Of a stretch of DNA of 64,000 bases, positions 1 through 13,300 are shown one piece after another. The DNA is taken from assembly GCF_021869535.1 (NCBI RefSeq), contig NW_026262626.1, positions 124,001 through 188,000 on the forward strand, in the 5' to 3' direction. The notes beneath the pieces are model-generated. The model was not told the origin of the DNA. It ran no database searches and saw nothing but the letters and a program-made list of their open reading frames with translations. The translations under genes were made by a program, and so were the position numbers. The DNA is from Mytilus californianus (lineage: Eukaryota). Positions within the stretch are counted from its first letter, which is position 1, and the number at the start of each line of letters is the position of its first letter.

Positions 1-951
1 TCTAGTAGTGTACAAATTTCGATGAAAGAAATGGCAATTGTCAAAAACATTTTTTAGATCCAAAGATTTTAATAGCAGGATATTTAAAAATCAACGTGAA
101 AACTAATTACAAACTATTTAATTTAATTTGGAACACAGCATTTTATTTCAAAATGGCTAGCGGCAATTTTTGTTTTAAATATCTTGATTATGATACAATG
201 AAATCTTACCCTTGTGGTCATACATGCGTAGTTACTTAGTACACGGGAAAAGTATGTACTATGAAAATTAGAAGGCAAATATAAGCAATTTGATTGGACG
301 AGAAGTTGTAAGTATGTGCTAAATATCAATCTGTACAGATTTTAACATATACATATGATGGTTTAAAATAAATGCCTTTGGCATTTTAATCAAGGAGCAA
401 ACTTGTACATCCTAATTAGTTGAGTGAAAGGAATAACCTGAGGCTAAGATTATAGTTTATTGTTAGAACAACATATTTATAAATTGTATGTAAATAAATT
501 GGTAATGTTTTTAATTTTTATATTTTAATGTAAACATGTGAAAAAATCAATGAACTAAATACAAATAAAGATTATTATACATCCTATAATGATTAATGAA
601 ATATCAAGGTATGTTATATTTTTTTCATCATGATAAAAGTTTAAAAAGTATTTTAAAAAATCAAAGTACCAAGTGCATACTAAATATAGGAAAAAATAAA
701 TTTATAAGTTGCATCAGAAAGGCCAAAAATGTTAAAAAAATTCCCAGCAATTATTTGAATGTAATTCAAAGTAATTGAAAAGTAATTCATAATTACATGA
801 CAAAAAATGCAATGTAATTCATTACTTTCAATTACATGTAATTGAAAATATTATATGCTCAATTACACATTACATTGAATTACTTGCAAAATTGTAATTA
901 ATTACAGCTAATTACAATTACATTTTTAATAACCCCAGGTCTGTTGGCATA

Positions 952-1112
952 TACATCTTATTGCTATTTGTCCGCCATTATTGAACATTGCAAAGGGTCC
1001 CGTAAAATTTTGACGTCACAATAAAAAATGTCTGACGTCACAAAGGAAAAGTGATGGTTATATCACGTCAATAGTTCAAGTGTCGCAGATTCCCAAATAG
1101 CGATAAGGTCTA
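952..1112. mobile_element. Small MITE with 14-bp terminal inverted repeats
   Basis: CTTATTGCTATTTG (957-970) is the inverse of CAAATAGCGATAAG (1094-1107), 1 mismatch; no coding capacity. Confidence 0.55.
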
Positions 1113-1210
1113 AGAACATAATTGACCCTATGTTGACTTCTTGATGTCTTTTTGTTTTATATGTCTAGTTGTGTTGCTCCTTTTATTCATGTATCTGAAC
1201 ATTAAATATA

Positions 1211-1880
1211 AAAAAAGGAGATTTGGTATGATTGCCAATGAGACAAATATCCACCCAAGTTCAAATGAAGTGGATGTAAGGAATTATAGGCAAATGTACG
1301 GCCTTAAACAATGAGAAAAACCCATACCGTATAGTCGGCTATAAAAGGCCAGACATGAAAATATGAAACAATTCAATTGAGAAAATTAACGGCCTAATGT
1401 ATAACAAAACAATTTACGAAAAACAAATATGACAGACATGAACAAACGACAACCACTGACTTTCGACAGGCACATAAAGAATGTGGCGGGGTTAAACATG
1501 TTTGTGAGCGCTCAACCCACCCCTAACCTTAGACAGTGGTGTAAAAGCACAACATAAGAACAAACTATAAAAATCAGTTGAAAAAGGCTTAACTCATCAA
1601 ATCGATACAAAGCAGAAAAATATCAAACAAAAACACAGACCGGACTTGGCAGGGTATATATCCATCCCTCATCCCTAACAAAAAAAATACAGATCTGAGA
1701 GTACTCGCAGTTTCTAACAGCTTGTTCAAAGCTAATAACAACTAATAAAAAAAAATCATGTATCTTAGACTAAAATATCAATCAGTACACCTCCAACATC
1801 CAATGGATTTTTTTTTTACGTCATTAACAATCAGAGAAAAACATGACCTTGTGCAATGCCAAAATATATATATCGACAGA
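1211..1880 (-). mobile_element. 5'-truncated Naiad-type retroelement 3' UTR/tail with degenerate SECIS
   Basis: Reverse complement aligns by eye to the post-ORF region of the 40316-43487 element (ggcattgcacaag..tcatg..ATGAC..TGAT..ttagtct..gatgcatgatttttt..agtaactgcgagtactctca) and ends in the shared tail gtctcattggcaatcatacc. Confidence 0.7.
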
Positions 1881-2559
1881 TTGTAGTACCATGCAAGTGC
1901 ATATGTTTATAATAATAATATTAAAGTTAACATTTATGAACTGTAGCTTCGACAATCATACCAATCCTAATATATCAGTTCAAATCATTTTAATCACTTT
2001 CTCTATCTGTCTTGTTTTCATTTACAACTTGAAATTATGCAAATGCTTGTTCTTTATGTGCATCAATTCTTGTGAACAGTTATCAATTTTTTGAAATTGC
2101 CCATTACCGTAACGGTGTACAGCAATCAAATCCATTCATAAAAGAAACCTTCAACAATATAACAAACCTAAAGTGTTAAATTATAATGTGTCTAAATCTT
2201 ATTTAAATAATGCCTTTGAAGACACCCAAATGATAGCCAACTCCTCACGACGGATACGTGTATTGTTCATGAATTCTTTTTTTTTTTTTAATTTTTGTTC
2301 GCAAAAATGCCTGTGTCAGCGTTTTGTGAAATAAGACGTAAAACATTGAAATAATTATGCACAAATTAACATTTTTTTAGACATCTTACGCGCAGTCACA
2401 AATAAAAGGAAATAAATACCGCTTTGCTCACAGTGATCTGAGGTCTAGCGTTGCATATAATTCGCAAACGGAAACAGCAGACATAACCAAACGTCTCCCC
2501 GTGCTTCAGGTTTATGCTTTTATAATATACTAGATACTGGAGTGTGTGTCCGAGCGAGA

Positions 2560-4246
2560 ACACCTCTATGATAACCTGTTTCTGTATTGTTATGAGTTAC
2601 AATTTATGACTAAAATCAACAAAGACCTATCGAAACAACATCTGATACAAAAATTTGATAACACTTTTAGATATTTGGATGATATATTGGTTCTCAATAA
2701 TGACGACTTCAGTATGTACACTAAAGAGATTTATCCTGCTGAACTGACTTTAAATAAAGCTAATATTAACAATGAACACTGCCATTTCCTGGATCTTGAT
2801 ATCTATATCTTTAACGGGAAGCTTAATACCAAAATGTATGATACAAGAGATGATTTTTCATTTCCTATTGTTAGTTATCCATTTTTAGATGGTGACGTTC
2901 CCTTGTCACCATCTTATGGTGTTTATATATCTCAACTTGTTCGATTCGCTTGTGTATGTAACAACGTATTTGATTTTAACGAAAGAAACCTCTGTATTAC
3001 CTAAAAATTATTACACCAGGGTTTTCGTTATCACAAACTAGTCAAAACATTTACTAAATTTTATCATCGGTACAAGGACATGATTCGTAAATATAATATG
3101 TTGGTGGTTCATGTCTGTCATATTTGTTTTTCTTAAATTGTTTTGTTATATTTTCTGCAAATAGTTTTCTCTTTGAGTTGTTTCACATTATTCATGTCAA
3201 TGCCTTTTATAGTTGTCGTCTGTTAACTTTTACAAAAATCTTCTCCTCTGAAACTACTTGGCCACAATCATCAATATTGTTTCTAGTTTTAAAAAAATGT
3301 GTACGCTGACCCCGACTCTCAACGTAAATTTTATCATCGGTACAAGGACATCATTCGTAAATATAAATCAACATGCAGATATCTTATACGTTCAGGTATT
3401 TCACATCCAATCTTTTATGGTAATATTCTATACAAAGCACAGAAATGTCGACATTCACCTCAAAAGCTAACCAAACCGTTGAACAGACTTATTCAGAAGG
3501 GATATAGTTACGATACTGTTGTCAGGTCATTAAAGATGGCATATTTTGGTATTAATATTGATTCACTCATACGGTCTTTGCATCGGAAATAAACAAATTT
3601 ATTCTAAAACCAGTTGTTGGCATGATACGGGTTATGTTCGTCTCATATATTTTATGATGGTATGATACTAAAACCCTAACGGGAGGGATTGTGCTTGATT
3701 GTCATATGATGAAGACATAATCTTTCAATCAGTTTAATTGAGGTCTGGAGCTGGCATGTCAGTAACTGCTATATATATAGTGTAGTCCTTTGTTAATTTA
3801 CGTATCATTGTCATTTTGCTTAGTTTCTTTTGTTACCTATTCTGACATCGGACTCGGACTTCTTTTAAACTGAGTTTTACTGTGCGTATTGCTGTGTGTT
3901 TGTTTATTCTACATTGACTAGAGATATAGGGGGAGGGTTGAGATCTCACAAAACATGTTTAACCCCGTCGCAGTTTTGCTCCTGTCCCAAGTCAGGAGCC
4001 TCTGGCCTTTGTTAGTCTTGTATGTTTTTTAATTTTAATTCATTTATATGTTTTGGAGTTTAGTGTGACGTCCATTTTCATTGAACTAGTACACATATTT
4101 GTTTAGGGGCCAGCTGAAGCCCGCCTCTGGGTGCGGGATTTTCTCACTGTGTTGAAGACCCATTGGTGGTCTTCGGCTGTTTTTTACTCTTTGGTCGGGT
4201 TGTTGTCTCTTTGACAAGTTCCCTATTTTCATTCTCAAATTCTATT
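2560..4246 (+). mobile_element. 5'-truncated Naiad-type Penelope-like retroelement (RT C-terminal half, 3' UTR with SECIS); pseudogenised
   Basis: ORFs 2546-3004 and 3299-3592: DLFLYCYE-like, FRYLDDI, FLDLDI, PFLDGDVP..SYGVYISQL motifs of PLE RT. Nonsense TAA at 3002 and internal insertion 3097-3324. ORF ends at 3592 with no C-terminal GIY-YIG; about 650-bp 3' UTR follows. Probably lies in a PM20D2 intron. Confidence 0.85.
3643..3709 (+). promoter_or_regulatory. SECIS element candidate (type II) in Naiad 3' UTR
   Basis: ATGAT (3654-3658), 11 nt, AAA (3670), mini-stem CCC/GGG, 3' arm GATTGTGCT, TGAT (3696-3699); helix I TCATAT/ATATGA; helix II rich in G-U pairs. Confidence 0.7.
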
Positions 4247-4310
4247 ATTCAGTCTTTGTTGATAACTGTTTTTTTAAATTTAATTATCGAATATCGATAC
4301 ATATTTAAAG

Positions 4311-4881
4311 GGTTCATGTGGACCCTTTGGCTAAAATGGCTGAGTTTTCATCTCAAAATTTACCTTGAGTACAGACAAACCTGTGTATCTGGAAAAAGTT
4401 TTAAGACATAGCATACCCTAGATAAATAAAATTCAAATACATTTCATGTTTTAGAAAATAAGAAACTTAACTGGATTTTGCAGTGCACTTTTTTTCGTCC
4501 CTGCAGAAGATGATAAAATAAACAAACAGTTGAGTTTCACTTGATATGGTCCACTCAGTGACACAGTTAAAATCACCAATTGTTGTCAGGTATCTATTAT
4601 CCCTCTATTATCCATTTCAATCAATACAGTTCACTTCAATTATTACCTATGGGGAAGTTCTCAATTCTTTGTTTATTTTGACACCTTCTGAAGGAACGGA
4701 AAAAAGTGCACTCCAAAATCCAGTTAAGTTTAAATTTTCTAAAAAATAAAATGCATTTGAATTTTATTTATCTAGTGCATGCTAATCCTTGAAACTTTTC
4801 CAGATACACAGGTCTTTCTGTACTCAGAGTAAATTTTGAGGTGAAAAAGCAGCAAATTTAGCCATAGGGTCAACATGAACC
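4311..4881. mobile_element. Foldback-type MITE with about 200-bp terminal inverted repeats
   Basis: GGTTCATGTGGACCCTTTGGCTAAA... (4311 to about 4510) is the diverged reverse complement of ...TTTAGCCATAGGGTCAACATGAACC (about 4687-4881). Confidence 0.75.
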
Positions 4882-5351
4882 TGATTCCAAAACAACAAAA
4901 TCGTCGTGGAAGTAAAAAGAAAGCGCTTCCGGTGGCAATTTTTACCTAAATTGATATTGCTTTATTTCTATTAATCTGTTCTGTAAAATCAAAACAACTG
5001 TCAGAAAGAATGCAAAATGCTCCTAAACAACTATCTTTTAACCTATTCATGGACCATGACGAGGTTAAAAAAAAGAGGACTTGTACACCTGCAAAAGTTC
5101 TTAAACATAAACTTTATTCAATTATAGAATACGAGAACATATAATGTAAATGATTGAAATATTGACATATCTTAGAAACATGAAAAATGCAACGTTTTTT
5201 TACCGCTTTTTATCGCTAGTATATTTCCCATCAAAATGAAATGATTGAGCAATTATCCCAACTTGCACCACATCTCTTAAACTAAACGTTAGAAATGCGT
5301 CTTTATTGCATCCACATTAGTATGTTAGTTATCATTCTTTTTCTTTCATAG

Positions 5352-7228
5352 GCAACATACAAATTTGCCGATCACTTTTATTCCGCTTTAATGTCAAATA
5401 ACAGAATGGCAAAGCTGTTTGAATATAATGCGTCATCTATTGGCGTCCATATAGACAATGATCCGGATGTGGTACTTAAATATGGTGGTGCCACGGACAT
5501 GGGAAATGTATCAAGGATTGTTCCGAGTATACATCCTAAGTATTATATCGGCACAAAAATATGCAACCACAACGAAGGATTCACAACAGCTTCGGGTAAG
5601 TAATTGCGCATTTTGTTTACAATACCAGATAATCCCCAAATTCATCATTAATCTGCATAATCCTGGTAAATAAACACACACCATGGATTGTGTCTTGTAT
5701 ACAAAATTTGATTTATTGAAAACTAATCTATGGAATGAATTGAATATTATTCCAATGTCAAGTGTATTCAAATACCAACCGTCAGACTATCATTTTAACT
5801 CCTACAATTATCTATGGATACTTCTATAAGAGTGAAAATTCAGACTGTTCAGTTTAGAGACGCGTTTTAAAAAACTCCTACAAAATAAGAGGGAACACAA
5901 TATCTAGATTAAGGCTACTGTAGTTTACTGATGTTCAATTCTTGAAAACTGACTAAGAAGAGACAACTCGAGGTAACAAACACAAACGGAGTGACTCGCA
6001 TAAACTCCAAAAGAAGCGAGAACGGTTGCGTCGACAGGGTCTCATGTTATGCATGCATCACTTGCCATGCGAATCCACCCTCAGTCAAATTATCACAATA
6101 GGGAATAGGGCACAATCGGTAACATGACAGATCAGACAACAATACTGGTATGAAGGTATATAGCAAACCAAGATGCATTTTTGGTTTTCTTTTTTAAATT
6201 CGATTTGAAAGATGCGTTCAATATAGCCAACAAATGTCAAAATTTTCAGTGAAAGGACCCACATGTATAGCGGATCGTAAAGTTAAAGGATTCTGTTAGC
6301 TTCTTTTCACTTTCTAGTATAAATTCTGCTTCATCCGTACACAACAAGTCTGAGAAAGAGGTACATAGTTGGTTACTACTTGAAAGCATACTATTCCTTG
6401 ACATACAAGTCCATCAAACTGCACAGATATGTCTGGTTAATTTAAAAAAAAATCAAGTATCCTGATGATGTTAGGTTCAGAAAACCTTTTGTACGAACCA
6501 TTTTTTTCATCACGTAAGAGTTAACTCTCCCAAAAAGAAGCAGTGGTATCAGGATTGACTATTAATTTGAATTATATCAAGTTGACCCTTCCGGAACCCA
6601 TGGCTTTTTGGCGGGGTTCGTGTTGATGTTTTTAGTTTTTACTTTCCGACATTTTTTATGACTTGCCATAATTTTGGGGGTTTGTCTCCGACTTGAGAGT
6701 TTTTATTCTCCGTTTGGTATCTTCCATATCTTATTTATCTAGTTTAACTAATTGCTTTTTGTTCTGTCGGTATTTATAGATTTGCGGCGGGCATTTCCCA
6801 GTTGAAAAACTGTGAAATAAACTAATTTTAGGTTTTACCATGTATCCTTTTTGTATGACAACTCCATCTTTCAGTTTTGAGCAGAGATTATATGGTCAAA
6901 ATAGTTAAAGAAGAGTAACAATTAATATAACAAAAAGAAAAATTAAAAAATGAGTAATTGACGAATACCGTATCTATATATTCACTGTAATGAAGCCGGT
7001 AATCGTCCCCATTTTATATACCTACTGCTCTATGTGGTTTCTTCTGAATTGTATTTGATAGAGGAAGTCTCATTAATTGCTATGTATTCCTATTTTAAAG
7101 GAGACCAAGCAGCACAACCATACACATTAGCTATATCAAAAGCTTTGGCAATGACAGCATTGGATATCTACACAAAACCAGACGTTCTTAAAGAGATAAA
7201 GGAAGAATTTAATGACCTTAAACAATAG
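5352..7228 (+). CDS. PM20D2: Peptidase M20 domain-containing protein 2-like (Xaa-Arg dipeptidase/amidohydrolase), last two coding exons
   Basis: Exons 5352-5595 (catag| ... g|gtaagt) and 7101-7228 (ttaaag|, phase 1 joins GGA, stop TAG). Translation ...GGATDMGNVSRIVPSIHPKYYIGTKICNHNEGFTTASG|DQAAQPYTLAISKALAMTALDIYTKPDVLKEIKEEF matches the PM20D2 C-terminus (GSTDFGNVS..PGIHP..HTEQY..AKALAMTALD). Upstream exons not found, probably before the window. Confidence 0.88.
5960..6400 (-). pseudogene. Heavily decayed Penelope-like/Naiad RT fragment plus tail
   Basis: Minus-strand frames give DLL..DEAEFI, KKLTESFNFTIRY, VLSL and YIERIFQIEF, matching RT motif ADLFLYSYEAEF..SFNFTFRYIDDVLSL; many stops and frameshifts. 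Confidence 0.55.
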
Positions 7229-7889
7229 TATTATGACATAATAATTGTAATTAAAATGATCAAACAATTTGCGCCGTAATCGTATTACACCTCGATGTGT
7301 CCTACAGATTGTCTTTGTACTACCATCTTTACTTGGCATTACAAGTGTCTTAGTGGTTTTGTAAAAAGGATTTTTCGTAGGCAAAAAGCTCAAAATACAT
7401 AGAGATTGCATAAGATTAACATTTTCAACAAGTAATTGTGTCTGCAAATGACCTTATTTTCCTTTTCAAGTTGAATTTGTTTGTCTCTAGGATTATGAGT
7501 ATAATTCCGTTCACATATATCAACCTAATTTCCATGGTCCGTTGGTTAGGTTAGTTTTTAGTTTGTTCGAATTGGTCTGTCTCTTAGGCAATATGCAAGA
7601 ACAGGTCCGCAGTGTTTTGTAAGTGAACTAAAAACTACACATGATAGGTGAACAATATTTGGTATGAAACTTTCGGTACAGTGTTCACTAACATACAAAG
7701 TTATTTAAAAGTGGTACATTAATAAATATTGTAATCTCATCTTACGACTGTTAAGTAATAGCTACTTTGTACTAGGCGTTCAGGTGGTATTACATACAAT
7801 ATAAGGACAATGTCCGATCGTTCTTGTCTCCATAATCCTGAAAATGTTTACTTTGTTTAATTATATACAGGTTAGAACTCTGTTGTTAA

Positions 7890-8048
7890 TGTAAAAAATA
7901 CCAGGATTAACATTTTGCACGCCAGACGCGCGCATCGTCTAGAAAATACACATCAGTGACGCTCGATTAAAACAATTTAAAAAGGCCAAATTAAGTACGA
8001 AGTTGAAGAGCATTGATGACCCAAAATTCCAAAAGGTTTTGCCAAATG
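7890..8048 (-). mobile_element. Retrozyme fragment with mutated hammerhead core
   Basis: Reverse complement is homologous to 12400-12555; core reads CTGATGT..GATG instead of CTGATGA..GAAA. Confidence 0.65.
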
Positions 8049-9715
8049 AGAAGGAGATATAATGCAAGGAAGCGCTTAAACTTTTAACAGTATTTTCTTC
8101 ATACTAGTTGATTCCGACATATTAATGGAAACCTAAAACTAAAGAGTTACTTTTGTGCGGGGGTTGGATCAAAACACATTAGAAAAGAAACCACAACTGG
8201 ACCGATGTACCTTCATGAATGGAAACAATCTACCACCCAGTGGTAGCAATAAAACAATACATGATTCCGTCATAATATCGACTAGGTATACACATTTCGG
8301 AGAACATTTTCAATGTAAACCTGGTTTTGGCAGTACACTTAAAACTCGAAGAACAGTTCTTGCATGGTTAAGAATACTGGTAGTTGAATCTTTCAAGAAA
8401 AAAAACTCACGTAGACAAAACATCACAAAGTAGCAATTGGAAGAATTATAAATGATGGCATCTTTTAACTTTTTTGTTGGTGCGTCTACCAGCAACCAAC
8501 ATAGCTGTTCTACTGTTTTATGTTATATTCTGTTAAATGTTTAGTCATCATGCCAAATTGTGTAGAGGTTTTTTAACCAAACGACAAGATTAAAATCTGC
8601 TGAAGTTCCCTCGGATCCGCAAACATTTCCACATGAATACAATAGAGTATTCATTGCATAGCGTTTGTATTTATATTGGAAAAAAATGAGCAAATTTAAA
8701 AACAAATTAAATGAAGTTTATGTTAAACTTTGAATTTGCATAAGCTTATCTACAAAGTCAAATTACTCATGCTTTTTAGGGTAGCTTGATTGTACTGTAA
8801 ATACCTGACCTCTTTAAATTGCAGTAGTGTATTACAAACAAACAATACATATGGTGTCACATAAGTAATTAATTTCTTGTCACAGAGGGACACGGAGACA
8901 TGAACACATGAAATATATCACCTGTTTATTGTCAACAAATAACACATCAAACATGAATAAAATAACAATTTCTAGTAACATTTGTGGTTTTAGGAAAATT
9001 ATTCTATCAAATATACACGCATACTTTCACAAATGGTTCTGGTTAATTTAGGTGTTCTTTCTTTTCAAACCATCTGATTATAAGTCCTTGTAGCTATATC
9101 CTAAGCTATTTTAAATCTTCAAATTATGTTTTCAGCATTCATAATATCCTTCTCAATGTCAATTAGCAAGGATAAAATTATAGTTAAAAATGTAATCAAA
9201 TTATGGCAAATTAAAACAAGTAAAAGCATGTATAACAATATAATTTGTAATGGCATTAAAAAGTGCCACAACAGATTATAATAAGTTAAACGAATATCAA
9301 TTTGAACTGCAAGGTGTAACTGTAAGGAGTAACTCAAAAGTCTGTCATATCACACGCATTTACATATAATATAACATGTATAATGTGTGTACAATTATTA
9401 ATATCAAAATTTTTATTAGATGACTTGAACCAAGTTATGTATTTCAAAAGCAAATCCTGTATTCCTTATGCCCAAAACACCCACTTTTAAAAATCTCTTG
9501 TGTAATATGCCCTATTCCGTTATAAAAAATACATTTGAAGATAACAATGTTGTAAACAAAATCATTATATTTAATTAATGCTGTCTACATATACTTGTAA
9601 TCAAAAAGATTGAAATAAAGCACAACGTCGACACACTTTAAAATATATTAACATATTTAATCAGTTATTTTCAAAGAACAATTGTACCTGGTATGAGAGA
9701 GCGAAATTTCATGAC

Positions 9716-9928
9716 TACTGTGGATTCATTTATTTTCGTGGGTATCAATTTTCGTGGATTGAGGAAAACTTGCATTTTCGTGGATATTTGATTTCGTGGT
9801 TTTGCCAATCTCTGCATACAAAGCCTAAAGAAAATTTGTAATTCGTTGAACATTTAAATTCGTGGTTCATCTGTTTCCACGAAACCAACGAAAATTGGTA
9901 TCCAACGAATACTAATGAATTCACAGTA
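9716..9928. mobile_element. TA-flanked MITE (TACTGTGGATTCATT family), copy 1
   Basis: TIR TACTGTGGATTCATT / AATGAATTCACAGTA; same family at 33547-33758 and 53227-53437. Confidence 0.8.
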
Positions 9929-10347
9929 ACTGAAACTTATGGAATAAAATTTCTAGGTATTATACACAAATGTAATAGCATTATCTAACAATATCATCAA
10001 TTCTTATCTTGACAAAACTCTTGCCTATTCACAAAATTATATAATTTTTAAGTGTAACATCATATGAAAGTAAGTAAAACATGTTACACATAAATAACAG
10101 TTAAAGTTCTCGTTATGTCTGATAATTAAAATAAAACAAAAATAAAACAAAATCAACAAAGTAACATATATTTAAAAAAAAAATCATATTTTAAATTAGC
10201 TATTTTCCGTTGTAGATCAATGTAAAACAATACATTGTTTCGGAAGAAAAGGGAATTTTATGTTGTCAATATAGATCAAATTCTTGTCATGTGTATGATC
10301 TGTGGTCAGATGTTTACTGCCACATGATATGAGTCACAGAGAACAAA

Positions 10348-13300
10348 CTATTCTTTCTTGTTGCTTCCCAACTTTGAAAGGGCGTCCTCCAAAAGTGATA
10401 AATCACCTGTGGAAAGAAAAATGCAATGATATACTGAATATTAAATGAATTATACCTAGTATTGTCTTTAAAGGATAAGCATATAACATGTTTAAGAAGG
10501 TGGGTGAGTCGAAAAATGCAATGCTAACACCATGGCAAAAAGACGAAATGACAAAAACAGAACGTCCAAAAAATCATACATTGAATACTAAAGATTAAAC
10601 AATATAAACACCAAGAAAACAGGAAGGGGTGTTAAAATTTCTTCCATATGCTTGAAGCGATTTTGAATTCTTCTTTTGAGAACCCTGTAGTTCATACACA
10701 TTTTGTACAGGTTCAATTTCATAAAGTGCAAAAAGACCGACATTCCTAATTGTAAGTCCAACTAAAGTTATAAAGTTTGCGCTTTGTTAGTGTACGTCAA
10801 ATGGTTATATGATCTTATATCTAAAATGAATTGGGTTGCACAATTCTTTTAGGAATATTCTTATAAAACCAGTTGTCAATTTTCTTTTTACAATTATAAT
10901 TGTGTATCAAATTACCTTTGATTGTCTTTGTAAGATTGATTATCTGATCTTTACTGTCAATAACCTCAACGCAAAGTGTGTAAGGGTTGTATCTGACACT
11001 GAACGGTCTTGGTATGGTCGATGCAAATGCCCTGAAAGACAGAAATCATAAACATGAACGATGTAACGGATAGATAAAACATTATCCGTTTGTTGAGTGC
11101 ATACTTTGAAAAGTCTCAAGGAAGGGAATACGTTTAGACATTCCGATGAAGCTCCTAAGTATTACTCATTTTCAAATAACAAGAGTACTGTAGCGATTTT
11201 AAAGACACCCTTTTGAACAAACAACTATGATAAATGCAAAATAAAAACTGAACCTTATCGAATACTATAGTTCCTTTTTCACTTTTGCTTGATCCGCCAC
11301 TTAAGTAAGCTGTATTCGAAAATAGTTTATAAGTAGTTTTTTCCTTTTGATATCTATGGTGAATTCTACTTACAGATGATCATTGTATTTAAGACAACGT
11401 TTCATACAGAATATAGTATATGGTAGAGAGTTTTTTGAAATAAGAGTCCAAAATTGTTCCTTGACAACAACTTTGTATTCATTTCACCTTTCCCTTTTTC
11501 ATTTTAATTAGAGTTTTGACATTTTTAAACATGCTATGATACGATACATTGATAGATACATATTGACTTCGATGACGTTATTTATCATGTTACCTCATTT
11601 TCTCCTTTGCCGAATCAAAGCTATCAGCTACATAATAGATTGGTTGGAACTCTGTGATAGGATACTGTTGTTCAGCTGTCTTTGCTGGATCAAATGGTCT
11701 TGTTTCAGGCTTGTCACTTACACAGTACTAAAATAAGACCATAATCTAATGTAAAAAGCTACAATTTCGAAAGTACAAGAAACAGCAGCTCTTACTAATC
11801 TAGATAATCATGACGTCTGCTGGTATTTTTCGATTCTAGTTTGTATATATCCTCACAGAAACACTATGTTTAAAGTACCCCGACAAAAAATGTTTAGTCT
11901 CGGTAGTATATGATATTCAGTACGGTGACGGAGTATCTACAGACAGAGAAATGGTCGGATATATGTTTATTTATTTGTGTTTTTGTATAAAATTGAAGGA
12001 AATAAATACACATATGACTATTTTCGATTGTGAGATGTAATATTTTCTACAACTGGCCTAGACTAATGGAGAAATAAATAAAAATGCGAGTCCAAATGAT
12101 GACTAGAGTGAACCTTACCTCGAATTTGTTTACTTTCTCATTAAATTGTGCACAATGTGAGGAAAGAAAGATATATACGTCTGGCGTATTAAATTATAAT
12201 CCTGGTACCTATTTACACCACTGGGTCGATGCCACTGCTGGTGGACGTTTCGTCCCCGAGGGTATCACTAGCCCAGTAGTCAGCACTTCGGTGTTGACAT
12301 GAATATTAATTATATGGCCATTTTTATAAATTTCCTGTAACAAAACTTTGAATTTTTCGAAAAACTAAGGATTTTCTTATCCCAGGAAGAGATTACATAG
12401 CCGTATTTGGGTCATCTTTTTGGAATTTTGGGTCCTCAATGCTCTTCAACTTTGTACTTGTTTTGGCTTTATAACTATTTTGATCTGAGAGTCACTGACG
12501 AGTCTTATGTAGACGAAACGCGCGTCTGGCGTATTAAATTATAATCCTGGTACCTTTGATAACTATATACATGGTATTATTCCAATATAAATAAGAGAGT
12601 GCTAACAATGCAATTTTTCATATAATAAATATTTCCAAGGGGCATAACTCTTTTAAGAATAATTGATCGGCACTGATTTTCGAACTCATTCGAGACATTG
12701 CTGATATAAACATATGATACAAGTTTCATAAAATTCTGACAAGAATTGTACTCGTGAGAGCACTAACAATGCAATTTTCATATAATAAATATTTCCGAGG
12801 GGCATAACTCCTTTTTTTTATTAAATTGAGCGTTGCGGGTTGAAAAGGGGGGGGGGGGGACAACAATAGACTCCAAAGATGTCATAGGTATTAAATGTTG
12901 TTCAGGAGCCAACACTTCTTATTATGTCTTTTACGATCAAGTTCACGTCAAGGCACATGAAAAGATAGCATACCAATGTTAAATTAGATTCAATATAAAT
13001 TTAAGGACAAATTAACGTGAGAGAAAATCAATCATTGACATTCCTTGAACTCTCAAAAATGTTAAACTATCTATAGAGCAAACATTTAATACTATGCAAA
13101 AAAGATATAAGCAGTAGGAAATATCACGAATAGGAACCCGACAGGATTGTTCAATGGTAATTTTGAAAGCTTATACTAATTAGTCCAATTTTATGTGAAT
13201 TTGATCTCTGTTACTCATTTAAACAAGAATGTGTCCATAGTACACGGATGCCCCACTCGCACTATCATTTTCTATGCTCAGTGGACCGTGAAATTGGGGT

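Noticed and set aside
8155-8495. Overlapping 92-aa and 61-aa ORFs
   Set aside because: No recognisable motif or convincing splice signals.
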